This document shows, piece by piece, positions 17,861 to 27,125 of a stretch of 64,000 bases of DNA. The notes under the pieces are model-generated. The model had not been told where the DNA came from, searched no databases, and saw only the letters and a list, made by a program, of their open reading frames with translations. The stretch's first letter is position 1. Each line of letters starts with the position of its first letter. The position numbers and the translations under genes were made by a program. This DNA is from an uncultured bacterium (lineage in GTDB: Bacteria; Spirochaetota; UBA4802; JAGODF01), in contig CAKZSV010000035.1 of the NCBI GenBank assembly GCA_937921485.1, forward strand, positions 5,949 through 69,948, read 5' to 3'.

Positions 17861-19549
17861 ATGAGCCTTCCCGAGCTTTTGACGGTGATTTTAGACATCG
17901 CCAAAGAACTCGTCGGCGCCGAGGGAGCGTCGCTCCTTCTGGCGGATGAGGAAACCGATGATCTCATTTTTAATATTGTGCAGGGCGGCCGCGGGGAAAT
18001 CAGAGGAGATCGGCTGCAGAAAGGAGTCGGCATTGCAGGTCATGTATCGCAGTCCGGTGAAGCGATTATCGTCAACGATGCTCAGAACGACCCGCGTTTT
18101 TTCAAGGAAATCGATGATAAATACAATTTTCACACTAAAAATATTATCGCCGTCCCCATGAGGGTGATGAACCGCATGGTGGGTGTTCTGGAAGCAATTA
18201 ACTCTCTGGAACGCGACAACTTCGACGAATGGGATTTGAAGCTCATGAATTATCTGGCCGAGCTTGCCGCCATCGCAATATCAAACAGGAAGCTCTACTT
18301 CGACCTTAACCGCCGCATCGACGAGCTTTCGGTGCTCTACGAGGTTTCACAGTCAATCTCGTTTTCAAATATGGATGAAAATCTGTATCATACCATCGTT
18401 CAATCTATCTCGAACGCCCTTGGTGCAGAAAAAGCTTCAATCATTCTCTTCCATGATGAACGCCAGACGCTTGTCTTAAAAGCATCCGTTGGACTTCCCT
18501 CTTCCGTTGAGGCGGAACAGGAAATCGACATGCACCGGTCTATTTCCGGGCTCGTGTTCAAAAACGGCGATCCGCTAATTGTAACAGATATCTCCAAAGA
18601 GCTTTCATTTCCCTATCTTGAACCCAATCGCGCCTACAGCACGCGATCCTTCATCTCTGTTCCGATTCGTCATAAAAACACCCTGATTGGCGTGATCAAT
18701 CTTGCCGACAAGAAAAATGGCCAGCCCTTCGACGCTTTTGACTTCAGGGTGCTTTCCACCATCGGACACCATATCGCCGATATCCATCAGAACATCCTTT
18801 TCCAGAGACGCATGATTGAACAGCAAAGGCTGGCGAATGAAATCGACATCGCTTCTGAAATTCAGTCGAAAATTCTCCCGAAAGTACCCTCTTCGTTCAA
18901 AGGGCACACCTTCGCGGCATTTACGAAGCCTGCCAAGGAAATCGGCGGTGATTTCTACGATTTCTTTACTTTTGATGACACCAAATACGCCGTGGCGGTG
19001 GCGGACGTTTCCGGCAAAGGAATCCCCGCAGCCATCTTTATGGGTATGGCGCGCAACATCATACGCGCAGAATCGAGGGTGAGTTCGCTGCCAGGAAAGA
19101 TATTGCAAAATTCAAATCGTTACATCTATCAGGATTCCGAGCAGGGGATGTTCATCACGGTGGTGTATCTGCTCGTGGATACGCACAACAACATCATCAC
19201 CTACGGATGCGGCGGACATAACGACCAGATTCTTTTCCGGAACAACGGCGAAGTTATTCATTTAAAAGCTGCGGGCAGGCCTCTGGGCGTCGATCCCGAT
19301 GCGGTATTTGAAGAAAAAGTCATCGGTTTCCAATCTGGCGATCTGGTCCTCCTCTATACCGATGGCCTTCTTGAGACGCTGGGAAATATCGATATTGAAA
19401 AAGGCGAAGAAAAGCTAATTGAGATCTTACGCGGCTGTCACCAATCGGACGCAAAGCATATTGTTTCCGTGATTCAATCGCACCTGGAACGCGAACACAT
19501 TGACGATCCACTCGTTGATGATGTGACTGTCTTTGCAATCAAATTTTAA
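17861..19549 (+). CDS. GAF-GAF-PP2C (SpoIIE-type) serine phosphatase
   Basis: 562 aa. Two GAF-like segments, then the PPM motifs 'GGDFYDFF...AVAVADVSGKGIPAAIFM' and 'LLYTDGLLE'. Confidence 0.9.
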   Translation: MSLPELLTVILDIAKELVGAEGASLLLADEETDDLIFNIVQGGRGEIRGDRLQKGVGIAGHVSQSGEAIIVNDAQNDPRFFKEIDDKYNFHTKNIIAVPMRVMNRMVGVLEAINSLERDNFDEWDLKLMNYLAELAAIAISNRKLYFDLNRRIDELSVLYEVSQSISFSNMDENLYHTIVQSISNALGAEKASIILFHDERQTLVLKASVGLPSSVEAEQEIDMHRSISGLVFKNGDPLIVTDISKELSFPYLEPNRAYSTRSFISVPIRHKNTLIGVINLADKKNGQPFDAFDFRVLSTIGHHIADIHQNILFQRRMIEQQRLANEIDIASEIQSKILPKVPSSFKGHTFAAFTKPAKEIGGDFYDFFTFDDTKYAVAVADVSGKGIPAAIFMGMARNIIRAESRVSSLPGKILQNSNRYIYQDSEQGMFITVVYLLVDTHNNIITYGCGGHNDQILFRNNGEVIHLKAAGRPLGVDPDAVFEEKVIGFQSGDLVLLYTDGLLETLGNIDIEKGEEKLIEILRGCHQSDAKHIVSVIQSHLEREHIDDPLVDDVTVFAIKF

Positions 19550-19566
19550 AGCATACGGTTTTAGCG

Positions 19567-20595
19567 GTGACGCGGACAAAAATTGCATTTACCATCGTGG
19601 GCATCATCATTCTGGCGGTTCTTTTTAAAGCATTCCAGACGGAAACGATTGAATACCTCTCCCGCCTGGGATGGGAATTCTGGGCATGGAAATTCTGGCT
19701 CATTGCGGGAATTTTTCTTCTCAATCACATCTTTCTCGCATATGGGTGGCGCGTTCTCATAGACCGCACAATCACACCCGGACAATTTGCGAAAATGGTG
19801 TTAGCCCGTATAGGCGGCGACGCGACCGCATCGATCAACGCGCTGGGAGCTCTCGCGGGTGAACCGCTGAAAGCGCTATTCGTGCGCGATTTCATCCCCG
19901 TAAAAACTGCCCTTGCCGCAGTTGTGCTGGATAGAACCATTCATACCGTGGCAAATGTTTTGCTTGTTCTCACCGGGATATTCATCGCATTTTTCATCCT
20001 GAATATCCCATTCTATGTCATTGCTCTCACCTTTGTACTTTTCTTCATCATGCTTGCATTTCTCATTATAGTGATTATTCGTCAGCGAACAGGCATAGTC
20101 GAATATCTCATCACACGCTTTCCCAAACGTCTGGTTGGCAAAATAATGAACGAATCACGCTGGGAAAAAGTACGTGCGCTGGACACGGAAATCGGACTTA
20201 TCTTCACCAGCAGGGATACCACGCGCCACTTCTATGTGTCGCTTGCGATGCATTATTTTCCCGTCCTCGTGTCTGGCGTGCTGGAGGTATATCTCATTAT
20301 TACCTTTGCAGGTGTAAAAATTCCACTCCATCACTCTCTTTTCGTATATATTTTTGGACTTTTCCTCACCAGTGCGATATTTTTTATGCCGGCGAACATC
20401 GGAACGAGCGAAGGATCTTTTTCGCTCGCGCTTTCGCTTTTAGGATATTCCCCCGCGCTTGGGTTTTCAGTAGGCATCATTCGACGGCTCAGATCGTTTG
20501 TCTGGTCGGCTATTGGGATGCTGATACTCATGTACGCGGGGTTACTCAAAAAAGAGGTTGCCAATGCAGAAAAAAAGGATATTCAAAACACCTAA
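19567..20595 (+). CDS. Flippase-like / lysylphosphatidylglycerol-synthase-TM-like (UPF0104) integral membrane protein
   Basis: 342 aa and multi-pass. The N-terminus 'KIAFTIVGIIILAVLFKAF...WEFWAWKFWLIAGIFLLNHIFLAYGWRVLI' is typical of this family. GTG start 17 nt after the phosphatase stop. Confidence 0.6.
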   Translation: MTRTKIAFTIVGIIILAVLFKAFQTETIEYLSRLGWEFWAWKFWLIAGIFLLNHIFLAYGWRVLIDRTITPGQFAKMVLARIGGDATASINALGALAGEPLKALFVRDFIPVKTALAAVVLDRTIHTVANVLLVLTGIFIAFFILNIPFYVIALTFVLFFIMLAFLIIVIIRQRTGIVEYLITRFPKRLVGKIMNESRWEKVRALDTEIGLIFTSRDTTRHFYVSLAMHYFPVLVSGVLEVYLIITFAGVKIPLHHSLFVYIFGLFLTSAIFFMPANIGTSEGSFSLALSLLGYSPALGFSVGIIRRLRSFVWSAIGMLILMYAGLLKKEVANAEKKDIQNT

Positions 20596-21637
20596 GGCGG
20601 GAAAGATTCTCGGATATGGTTCAATATACCTGGCGAAATGGATTGCCCGAAAACCGCTCGTCTTCAATCTGAATCTCAACGTCACCAATCTGTGCAATCA
20701 GAATTGTCCCATGTGCAATGCTGTCATTGTTGGACAGGGAACGGGAACGACAATACAATTCAAACAGGTGAAACAATACCTTGAGATTCTAAATCCCCAC
20801 CGCATCGCATCGCTGACGATTTCCGGAGGCGAACCATCGCTGGTGAAAGACATGCCGGAAATTTTTGATTATGTTGCCGGCAAATTCCCATTCGGCGTCA
20901 ACTGCAATTCCAATCTTTACGCGCAGGAAAACGTCATCAGGCGCTTTGCGGAAGCCGCTCTTCGCAACAACATCCGCATCGGCACATCCTTCGACGGCTT
21001 CGGGGAAACCGCAGACCGCCTTCGCGGCGCAAAGGATGTGGCCGCGCGCGTTGAGAAAAACATTGCCATGCTCACCGAGATGCGGCGCGAAATGGGTTCA
21101 TCATCAACGCTGAACATGCACACTGTTATATCCGATGCAAACATCGACCAGATTCCGGATATCCTTGCACTTTCCGCAAAATACGGATGGACGCAGACGC
21201 TCGCTCCCGTGAACAATTTCTTCTACCAGGACTGCTCCGATCTGCGCGCGCCGAAATTGCACTACAGCGACAAGCTTGAAGAGGTCATCAATATCGCATC
21301 ACGCATGCCGCATGTCGCTGTTTCAAAATCATTTCTCAGAGGCATCGTAACGTATGTGAAAGGCGAGCAGGATAAATACTGTCCGTATCTCACAGGCATT
21401 TTTAAAATTTTCAAAATATTTTTAGATCCCAACGGTGATGTCTCTCTATGCAGCCGAACCCCTCTTGGCAACATAACAGAAAAAAACCTGCGAGAAATTT
21501 TTCGCGGGGAAAAATACGATCGCGACATTGCATCATACCGGCGTTGCCCGGGGTGCTGGATGGCGTGTTTTGTGGAAGTGCTTCTGGCAACGCCAAAGTG
21601 GTATCAGCGTATGATTGTCAACGTGCGAACTAAATAG
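20564..21637 (+). CDS. Radical SAM protein with a Cys-rich C-terminal SPASM/twitch-like region
   Basis: 'NLNVTNLCNQNCPMCNA' (CxxxCxxC). C-terminal 'CPYL...CSRTPLGNI...CPGCWMAC'. ATG 20564 is preceded by AAAGAGG. Overlaps the 3' end of the upstream gene. Ends in TAG. Confidence 0.85.
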   Translation: MQKKRIFKTPKAGKILGYGSIYLAKWIARKPLVFNLNLNVTNLCNQNCPMCNAVIVGQGTGTTIQFKQVKQYLEILNPHRIASLTISGGEPSLVKDMPEIFDYVAGKFPFGVNCNSNLYAQENVIRRFAEAALRNNIRIGTSFDGFGETADRLRGAKDVAARVEKNIAMLTEMRREMGSSSTLNMHTVISDANIDQIPDILALSAKYGWTQTLAPVNNFFYQDCSDLRAPKLHYSDKLEEVINIASRMPHVAVSKSFLRGIVTYVKGEQDKYCPYLTGIFKIFKIFLDPNGDVSLCSRTPLGNITEKNLREIFRGEKYDRDIASYRRCPGCWMACFVEVLLATPKWYQRMIVNVRTK

Positions 21638-21717
21638 CCCGTACGCGGTTATTTTCCCTTGACAAATTTCCGCGCCTGCGGGAAAAATAGCAAAATTTTT
21701 TCATAGCAGAGGTTACA

Positions 21718-22143
21718 ATGGCAATCGCGAAAAGCGGCGGTGATATTGCAAATAATGTCATCGGTCCAAATTCTTATTTTACGGGCAAATTCCTCATCAA
21801 CGGTTCGCTCCGCATCGACGGGCATTTTGAAGGAAAATATCTCCAGGCCGAGCAGCTCTATGTGGGCCCCACGGGGAAAGTCCGGACGAATATCAACGCC
21901 ACTTCCGTCATCGTCGAGGGTCTGGTGCTCGGCAATATCAACGCCACCAGCCGCGTGCTTCTCATGCCTACTGCAAAAATCCTTGGCGACATCAAAACAC
22001 CGGAACTCATTATCCAGAACGGCGTCATTCTCGAAGGGCGCTGCACCATTTCCAATGACCTGAAATCTTCGGCGAAAGACCTTCTCGAAGCCGAATACGA
22101 AAAGAATAAAAAAATACCAGAGGATTTTATTGCCCGATCGTAA
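21718..22143 (+). CDS. Bactofilin (polymer-forming cytoskeletal protein, DUF583)
   Basis: 141 aa with beta-helix repeats 'FTGKFLINGSLRIDGHFEGKYL...VGPTGKVRTNINATSVIVEGLVLGNINA...ILGDIKTPELIIQNGVILEG'. Confidence 0.9.
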   Translation: MAIAKSGGDIANNVIGPNSYFTGKFLINGSLRIDGHFEGKYLQAEQLYVGPTGKVRTNINATSVIVEGLVLGNINATSRVLLMPTAKILGDIKTPELIIQNGVILEGRCTISNDLKSSAKDLLEAEYEKNKKIPEDFIARS

Positions 22144-23140
22144 AGCGCGCATTGCCGTCACGCTCGGCGACCCGGCGGGTGTGGGACCGGAAATCATTGA
22201 AAGAGCGGTTGCGGATCCACGCGTACAGCATCTTTCACCTCTTATCATCGGCCGCGCGAAATTCATCTCGAAACGGTATCCAGGGCTTTTCAAATCTCTC
22301 GCGCCAATCACGCCATCAGAGCTTTCACCTTCAACCGCGCCATCACCCGGCCGCCATGGATATCTCATCGATGCGCCAAATGACTTCCCCCTGCCCTCTC
22401 CCGGTGCGGGCACATCAGAAACCGGCGCCGAATCGCTGCTGTACATCGACGCGGCAATTGAACTCTGGAAAAAAGGCCTCATCGATGCAATCGTCACCGC
22501 GCCGGTGAGCAAATCGCTCATTGAAAAATCGGGAACTCCATTTTCCGGTCACACGGAATACTTTGCGGAAAAAATCGGCGAAGAAAATCCATTCATGATG
22601 ATGTATTCAACACACTATCGCGTTATTCTCTGCACCACGCATATACCGCTTCACAAAGTGCAGGATTCGCTTTCTGTAGAAAGAATTTCCGAAGTGATTT
22701 CTGCTGGAAGGCAGGCGTTGCGCGCAATCGATGGGAAAGAACCGAAAATTGCCGTCTGCGGGCTCGATCCGCACAGCGGCGATGATGGCGCGATTGGCTC
22801 ATTCGATCGCACTGTCACATCGAACGCAATCGAACGCTCGAGGGAGGCAGGCATAGACGTGCACGGGCCTTTTGCTGCCGATACGCTTTTTTTATCTGAG
22901 CGATGGGGACAGTTCGATCTGGCAGTGGCGCAGTACCACGATCAGGGGCTCATCCCCTTCAAGATGCTGGCGTTCGACACAGGCGTCAATGTAACCTTAG
23001 GGCTTTCGCTTGTGCGGACTTCTGTCGATCACGGCACCGCGTTCGACATTGCCGGGAAAGGCATTGCGCGCCACTCGAGTATGGTGGAAGCAATACTGCT
23101 GGCGGAGAAGCTTGTGCATTTGAATCCGCCATTATTCTAA
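22130..23140 (+). CDS. pdxA: 4-hydroxythreonine-4-phosphate dehydrogenase
   Basis: 'IAVTLGDPAGVGPEI', 'GHTEYFA', 'SVDHGTAFDIAGKG'. TTG start overlaps the bactofilin 3' end. Confidence 0.92.
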   Translation: MPDRKARIAVTLGDPAGVGPEIIERAVADPRVQHLSPLIIGRAKFISKRYPGLFKSLAPITPSELSPSTAPSPGRHGYLIDAPNDFPLPSPGAGTSETGAESLLYIDAAIELWKKGLIDAIVTAPVSKSLIEKSGTPFSGHTEYFAEKIGEENPFMMMYSTHYRVILCTTHIPLHKVQDSLSVERISEVISAGRQALRAIDGKEPKIAVCGLDPHSGDDGAIGSFDRTVTSNAIERSREAGIDVHGPFAADTLFLSERWGQFDLAVAQYHDQGLIPFKMLAFDTGVNVTLGLSLVRTSVDHGTAFDIAGKGIARHSSMVEAILLAEKLVHLNPPLF

Positions 23141-23150
23141 AAAATGCCGG

Positions 23151-23591
23151 TCACCATTTCTTTTTTTCCGTATTCAGTTCCTTTCCAAGCTTTTTTACCA
23201 TGTCAATCAACACTGCGCTTTTATCAGCTCCTCCGGATGAAATAAAAAATACGCGAAGTGTCGTATCATGTTTCTTTATCCGCACCATCACCTCAAGCAT
23301 CACATCGCCGTGCGAAACGGCGATTCCTTCTTCGGAGCCCGAGAAACTGTACGTTTCTTTCCCTGATGAATACCGGACGATGGATACTTCGGCGCAATAG
23401 CTCTCCGGACCCTCTTTCGATTCGAGATTTTCCCGAATGACCTGCTCCACCTCTTTTGCCATAACGCCGGGAACATCGCTCTGCGAGGATGCGACGCGAT
23501 AATAATACGGGCCTGAAATTTCCTGACACGACATCAGCCATGTGAGTGAAAACATCAGAAAAAAGCATTTTACAGGAAATAATTGTTGCAT
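23151..23591 (-). CDS. Hypothetical lipoprotein
   Basis: 146 aa with a signal peptide and lipobox, 'FFLMFSLTWLMSC'. No family recognised. Confidence 0.6.
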   Translation of the reverse strand: MQQLFPVKCFFLMFSLTWLMSCQEISGPYYYRVASSQSDVPGVMAKEVEQVIRENLESKEGPESYCAEVSIVRYSSGKETYSFSGSEEGIAVSHGDVMLEVMVRIKKHDTTLRVFFISSGGADKSAVLIDMVKKLGKELNTEKKKW

Positions 23592-23764
23592 AATACTATC
23601 AGGTGTTATGAATTATTCTCCGGCACTATCGTGAGGGTCGGCGTATGAATTGCAAGCAGTTTCTTGCTGCAGCTGCCCTCCGCCCCAAACTCGGAAATGG
23701 TTTTATAAATCATCTGAAGAGGCCGATATTTTCATCAGGATGAAAAAACCAGTTTAATAAGCCC

Positions 23765-24208
23765 ATGGAAAACGCGCTCCTTGTCAAATCACTCTTTCTG
23801 TTCATATCCCTCTGGGGATTTACCGTGATGTTCCTCTGGTTTCGACCTCGCCTGGAAATTTTCTGGAAAGTTGTGGCCACGCTGATTTTCATCTTTTACG
23901 TCTGGTTTTTCTGGGATGAGCTTTCGAGGGGATATACGGCGTTTCAGGCGGCATGGTTCGACGTGACGATGCGTTTTCTTAAAGAGCTGGTATCCCTCGT
24001 ATTCGTCAATCTCTTCCTTTTATGGCCTGTGGCTCTCATTCTCATTTTTTATAAGGCCGACGAAGTGGGCGCGGAGCGCCTTTTAAAGTTTATGTGCGTG
24101 CTGACCATCGTGCTGTGGATCATTTTCGTCGTCTATGCGTATTATCAGCGCGGTATCGATGTGTTTCTCTTTGATAAGCTAAAAAAAATGCTCCCTGGCG
24201 CTCGCTGA
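23765..24208 (+). CDS. Hypothetical integral membrane protein (about 4 TM)
   Basis: 147-aa hydrophobic ORF lying 4 nt upstream of the TPR gene. Confidence 0.6.
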   Translation: MENALLVKSLFLFISLWGFTVMFLWFRPRLEIFWKVVATLIFIFYVWFFWDELSRGYTAFQAAWFDVTMRFLKELVSLVFVNLFLLWPVALILIFYKADEVGAERLLKFMCVLTIVLWIIFVVYAYYQRGIDVFLFDKLKKMLPGAR

Positions 24209-24212
24209 CGCA

Positions 24213-24734
24213 ATGAACCATCATCGAAATGAATCAGCTCTCATTATGTTTTTGCTTATCATGACCATTTTGCCTGTCTCCCCGGCATTTACCATCGGCA
24301 ATTCGACGCTCCTGTATCGCGAAGGAGCAAAGCTGGCGCTTTCGGGAAATATCGACGGCGCAATTGCAAAATTTAAGGAATCCATCGCGCGCAATCCCTA
24401 CTACTCGACGGGACACTATGGCCTTGGGAAGGCGTATCTCCACCAGCCCGGAAAAATTAAAGATGCCATACGGCATCTGGAGCGAGCGGCTCGATTGGAT
24501 TCGAAAAATGCAAAGGCGTATTTTTATTTAGGCATCGCCTACATGTTCGATAAAAAAATGGTGAAGGCCATTCACGCATTCGATGACGCCTACCGACGCG
24601 ATGCCACTTTCATTGAAGCGATTTACAATATCGCCGCCGCCTATGACATGATGGGCTACGACAGCAAAGCGTTTCTCTACTTCGAACAGTTTCTACAAAA
24701 GAAAGAGAGAACTGAAAGGGATATTTTGTTTTAA
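24213..24734 (+). CDS. TPR-repeat protein with an N-terminal signal/anchor
   Basis: 173 aa with TPR signatures 'GHYGLGKAYL', 'AKAYFYLGIAYM', 'AIYNIAAAYDMMGY'. Confidence 0.8.
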   Translation: MNHHRNESALIMFLLIMTILPVSPAFTIGNSTLLYREGAKLALSGNIDGAIAKFKESIARNPYYSTGHYGLGKAYLHQPGKIKDAIRHLERAARLDSKNAKAYFYLGIAYMFDKKMVKAIHAFDDAYRRDATFIEAIYNIAAAYDMMGYDSKAFLYFEQFLQKKERTERDILF

Positions 24735-24792
24735 CAGTACAATGGATGATTTTTTATTGTTTTCCTGTTTACACGTCATTCGGGGGAATGAT

Positions 24793-25008
24793 ATGGGTGT
24801 GGAAATTTCGGAATTGATGGGATTCTTGGATACCGCTCTTGCGATGGTCCAGAACAGGATGGCACGCGCACCGGGCTGGCAGGTGCTGCATTTGATCCAG
24901 GCTCAGTTGCACACCATGCAAGATGACATCAGACAGGGGCGTACACCGACTGCAGAGACCATATTGCGCTCTTGTGCACGATGCAACTATTTGCCCAGCT
25001 CGCCGTAG
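24793..25008 (+). CDS. Possible small hypothetical protein (71 aa)
   Basis: ATG is preceded by GGGGGAATGAT. Helical-looking 'MGVEISELMGFLDTALAMVQ...'. Its 3' end overlaps the convergent gene by 22 nt, so this call is uncertain. Confidence 0.3.
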   Translation: MGVEISELMGFLDTALAMVQNRMARAPGWQVLHLIQAQLHTMQDDIRQGRTPTAETILRSCARCNYLPSSP

Positions 25009-25589
25009 ATCACCGACTGCGCCGCCATATTCACAGTAATTAAAAGCGCGATGCCGCCAATAGACCAGAGCGCGGTTAAAATTGCGCCGATGGCAGGAAT
25101 CTGCGAAAAGATGAATGCACCGATAAAGATAGCAATATATCCCGCCACCCAAATCACAATCATTGTTCCGAAAATTGTCCACTTCTTGCCATACGTCACC
25201 TGGTTGCGTTTGCTGATGGCATCGATTGGCGTCAGTCCCCTGTCAATGACGAAAAGCGGCGCCAGCATCCATGCAATTCCTATCACGATTCCAGGAATAT
25301 ACAGGAACGCCAATCCCGCCAGAACTCCCGCCAGCATAAAGCCTACTACAAGAAAATATTCACCCATGTATTTTCTGTATTGCGGATTGAAAATTTCGGC
25401 CATGCCGATTTCTTCGTCCTTCGACATTTTGGCAATTATGCCGATCATGAGGCCGATAGTCGTGCCGACGTTTAAGTACGGTATCCAGATGGTCACAATC
25501 CAGAGAATTGTGTTCACCAGCACCGGCACCAGGTACTTCACGCCGCGCTGAAAAGAACTCTGTAAAATGTTCACTAACGTAAAATCCAT
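24987..25589 (-). CDS. Hypothetical integral membrane protein
   Basis: 200 aa with several TM helices ('ILWIVTIWIPYLNVGTTIGLMIGII', 'FMLAGVLAGLAFLYIPGIVIGIAWMLAPLFVI'). Confidence 0.7.
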   Translation of the reverse strand: MDFTLVNILQSSFQRGVKYLVPVLVNTILWIVTIWIPYLNVGTTIGLMIGIIAKMSKDEEIGMAEIFNPQYRKYMGEYFLVVGFMLAGVLAGLAFLYIPGIVIGIAWMLAPLFVIDRGLTPIDAISKRNQVTYGKKWTIFGTMIVIWVAGYIAIFIGAFIFSQIPAIGAILTALWSIGGIALLITVNMAAQSVIYGELGK

Positions 25590-25837
25590 AGACGTTCCTC
25601 CGAAAATGTATTATTATGATTAATGCATATTATGATATGCATCAGCTTCCAATACAGAATTACGCCAGAAGCTTTTCGATGTTATTATAGTGTTTAAAAG
25701 ATGTTGTAAAACAAATAAAAAATGTCAATCAATATTTCTATATACAATCGGAAAATTATTCTTTACTTACTGAGCATCGGCAAGACCTTCTATTATCCTC
25801 AATGCATCACAACAAATCTCAATGCATATCGATCATT

Positions 25838-27052
25838 TCACCCCAGTTCCTGCAGAAACCTGTCGGCGGACATCACATACTGCAGTTTGCCGCCATGTGA
25901 CATTCTTTTGTGCACCCCTTTTTGATGCACAAGTTGAATCGCGTACGGTACAGAAATTTTATTTTGAAAGTACAGGAGATTTTTTGCGATTTCGAGATCA
26001 TTGAATTTGCATTCGATTATAATAAGCGGCTGACTTTCCTTAAGAACAATGAAATCCACCTCTCTGCCATCTTTATCTCTCAGATAAAATAAATCAAATT
26101 TTCCATCCCCCATGCTGTTCCAGAGCTGAATTGTCTTATACAGATGCAGGGCAACCAAATTTTCAAATCGAGCCGCGGGTTCTTCTGCGTCAACCCAGTT
26201 GTATAAGTACACCTTTTGCTCTTTTTTTATCGACCGCGATAACTTTTTGTGATAGGGAGCAATAAAAAAAATATAATAAAACTGCTCAAGTATCATAAGC
26301 CATTTTTTTACGGAATCGTAAGATACGCCAATATCTTCTTTTAAAGAATTAATCGATAACGGCGAACCGATTTTTGTGGTGAGCAGTGCCGCAAGAATCT
26401 CCATATACGATATTTCTTTTATCATATATGCATCGCGGATATCATCTTTAATGAGGGTTTTTTTTCTTTCATTATTCCATATATTGTAAAAGCGCATATC
26501 TGCCCTGAACAATGGTTCTGGAAAACCGGAAAACTCATAAAGCTGCTCGTATCTCTTACGGTGCTTCGCCTCATTAAAACCGTTCTTAATTGAGTTAATA
26601 ATATTTTCAAACGTAAAATCATTACCGGAAAGCTCGCCAACTGTAAACGGCAATAATCTGATTGTGCAATATCTTCCAAAAAGGCTATCGCCGCCTTTTT
26701 TGAAAAGATCAAGCCTTCCGCTTCCTGTGAGAACAAAACTGAAATCGAAACCGAACCCGTCATAACACCCCTTAAGATAATTCTTCCATTTTGGATACTT
26801 GTGCAGCTCGTCGAATACTACAAGGAAATTCTTTTTTACTTCACGATTTTCATTCTGGAAAAAATAGGGCTGTGTTATTATTTTCTTCTGGTCGGTGAGA
26901 ACGTCCCAGTTGTGTAAATCCCTTGTTTGAAAATTTGCAAAAGATTTCTTGCAAAGGTTGTCTTCCCCGTCTGGTGCGGACCGCTAACAAGCAGAAGCTT
27001 CCTATAGCCAGAAAGGACTTCCACGCAGAATGAAGTAATATTTCTTTCCTTC
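25838..27052 (-). pseudogene. AAA+ ATPase of the AAA_14/DUF4143 type, carrying a frameshift (or assembly error) near 26911-26916
   Basis: From ATG 27052, frame 1 gives 'MKERNITSFCVEVLSGYRKLLLVSGPHQTGKTTFARNLLQIFKQGIY', which includes a Walker A motif, then stops after 13 more codons. A second frame continues 'HNWDVLTDQKKIITQPYFFQNE...VVFDELHKYPKW...' to the stop at 25838. The region is AT-rich. Confidence 0.75.
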
Positions 27053-27125
27053 ATAGGGCTATTTTCCAGTGAATCCGGAAAAAGTCAAGACTTTTTTCAG
27101 TTTCACCAGAAATTGGCCATATGCA

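Noticed and set aside
21649-22521. 290-aa ORF on the minus strand
   Set aside because: It is antisense to bactofilin and the pdxA 5' region, both of which have clear family motifs. It has no RBS and no motif.
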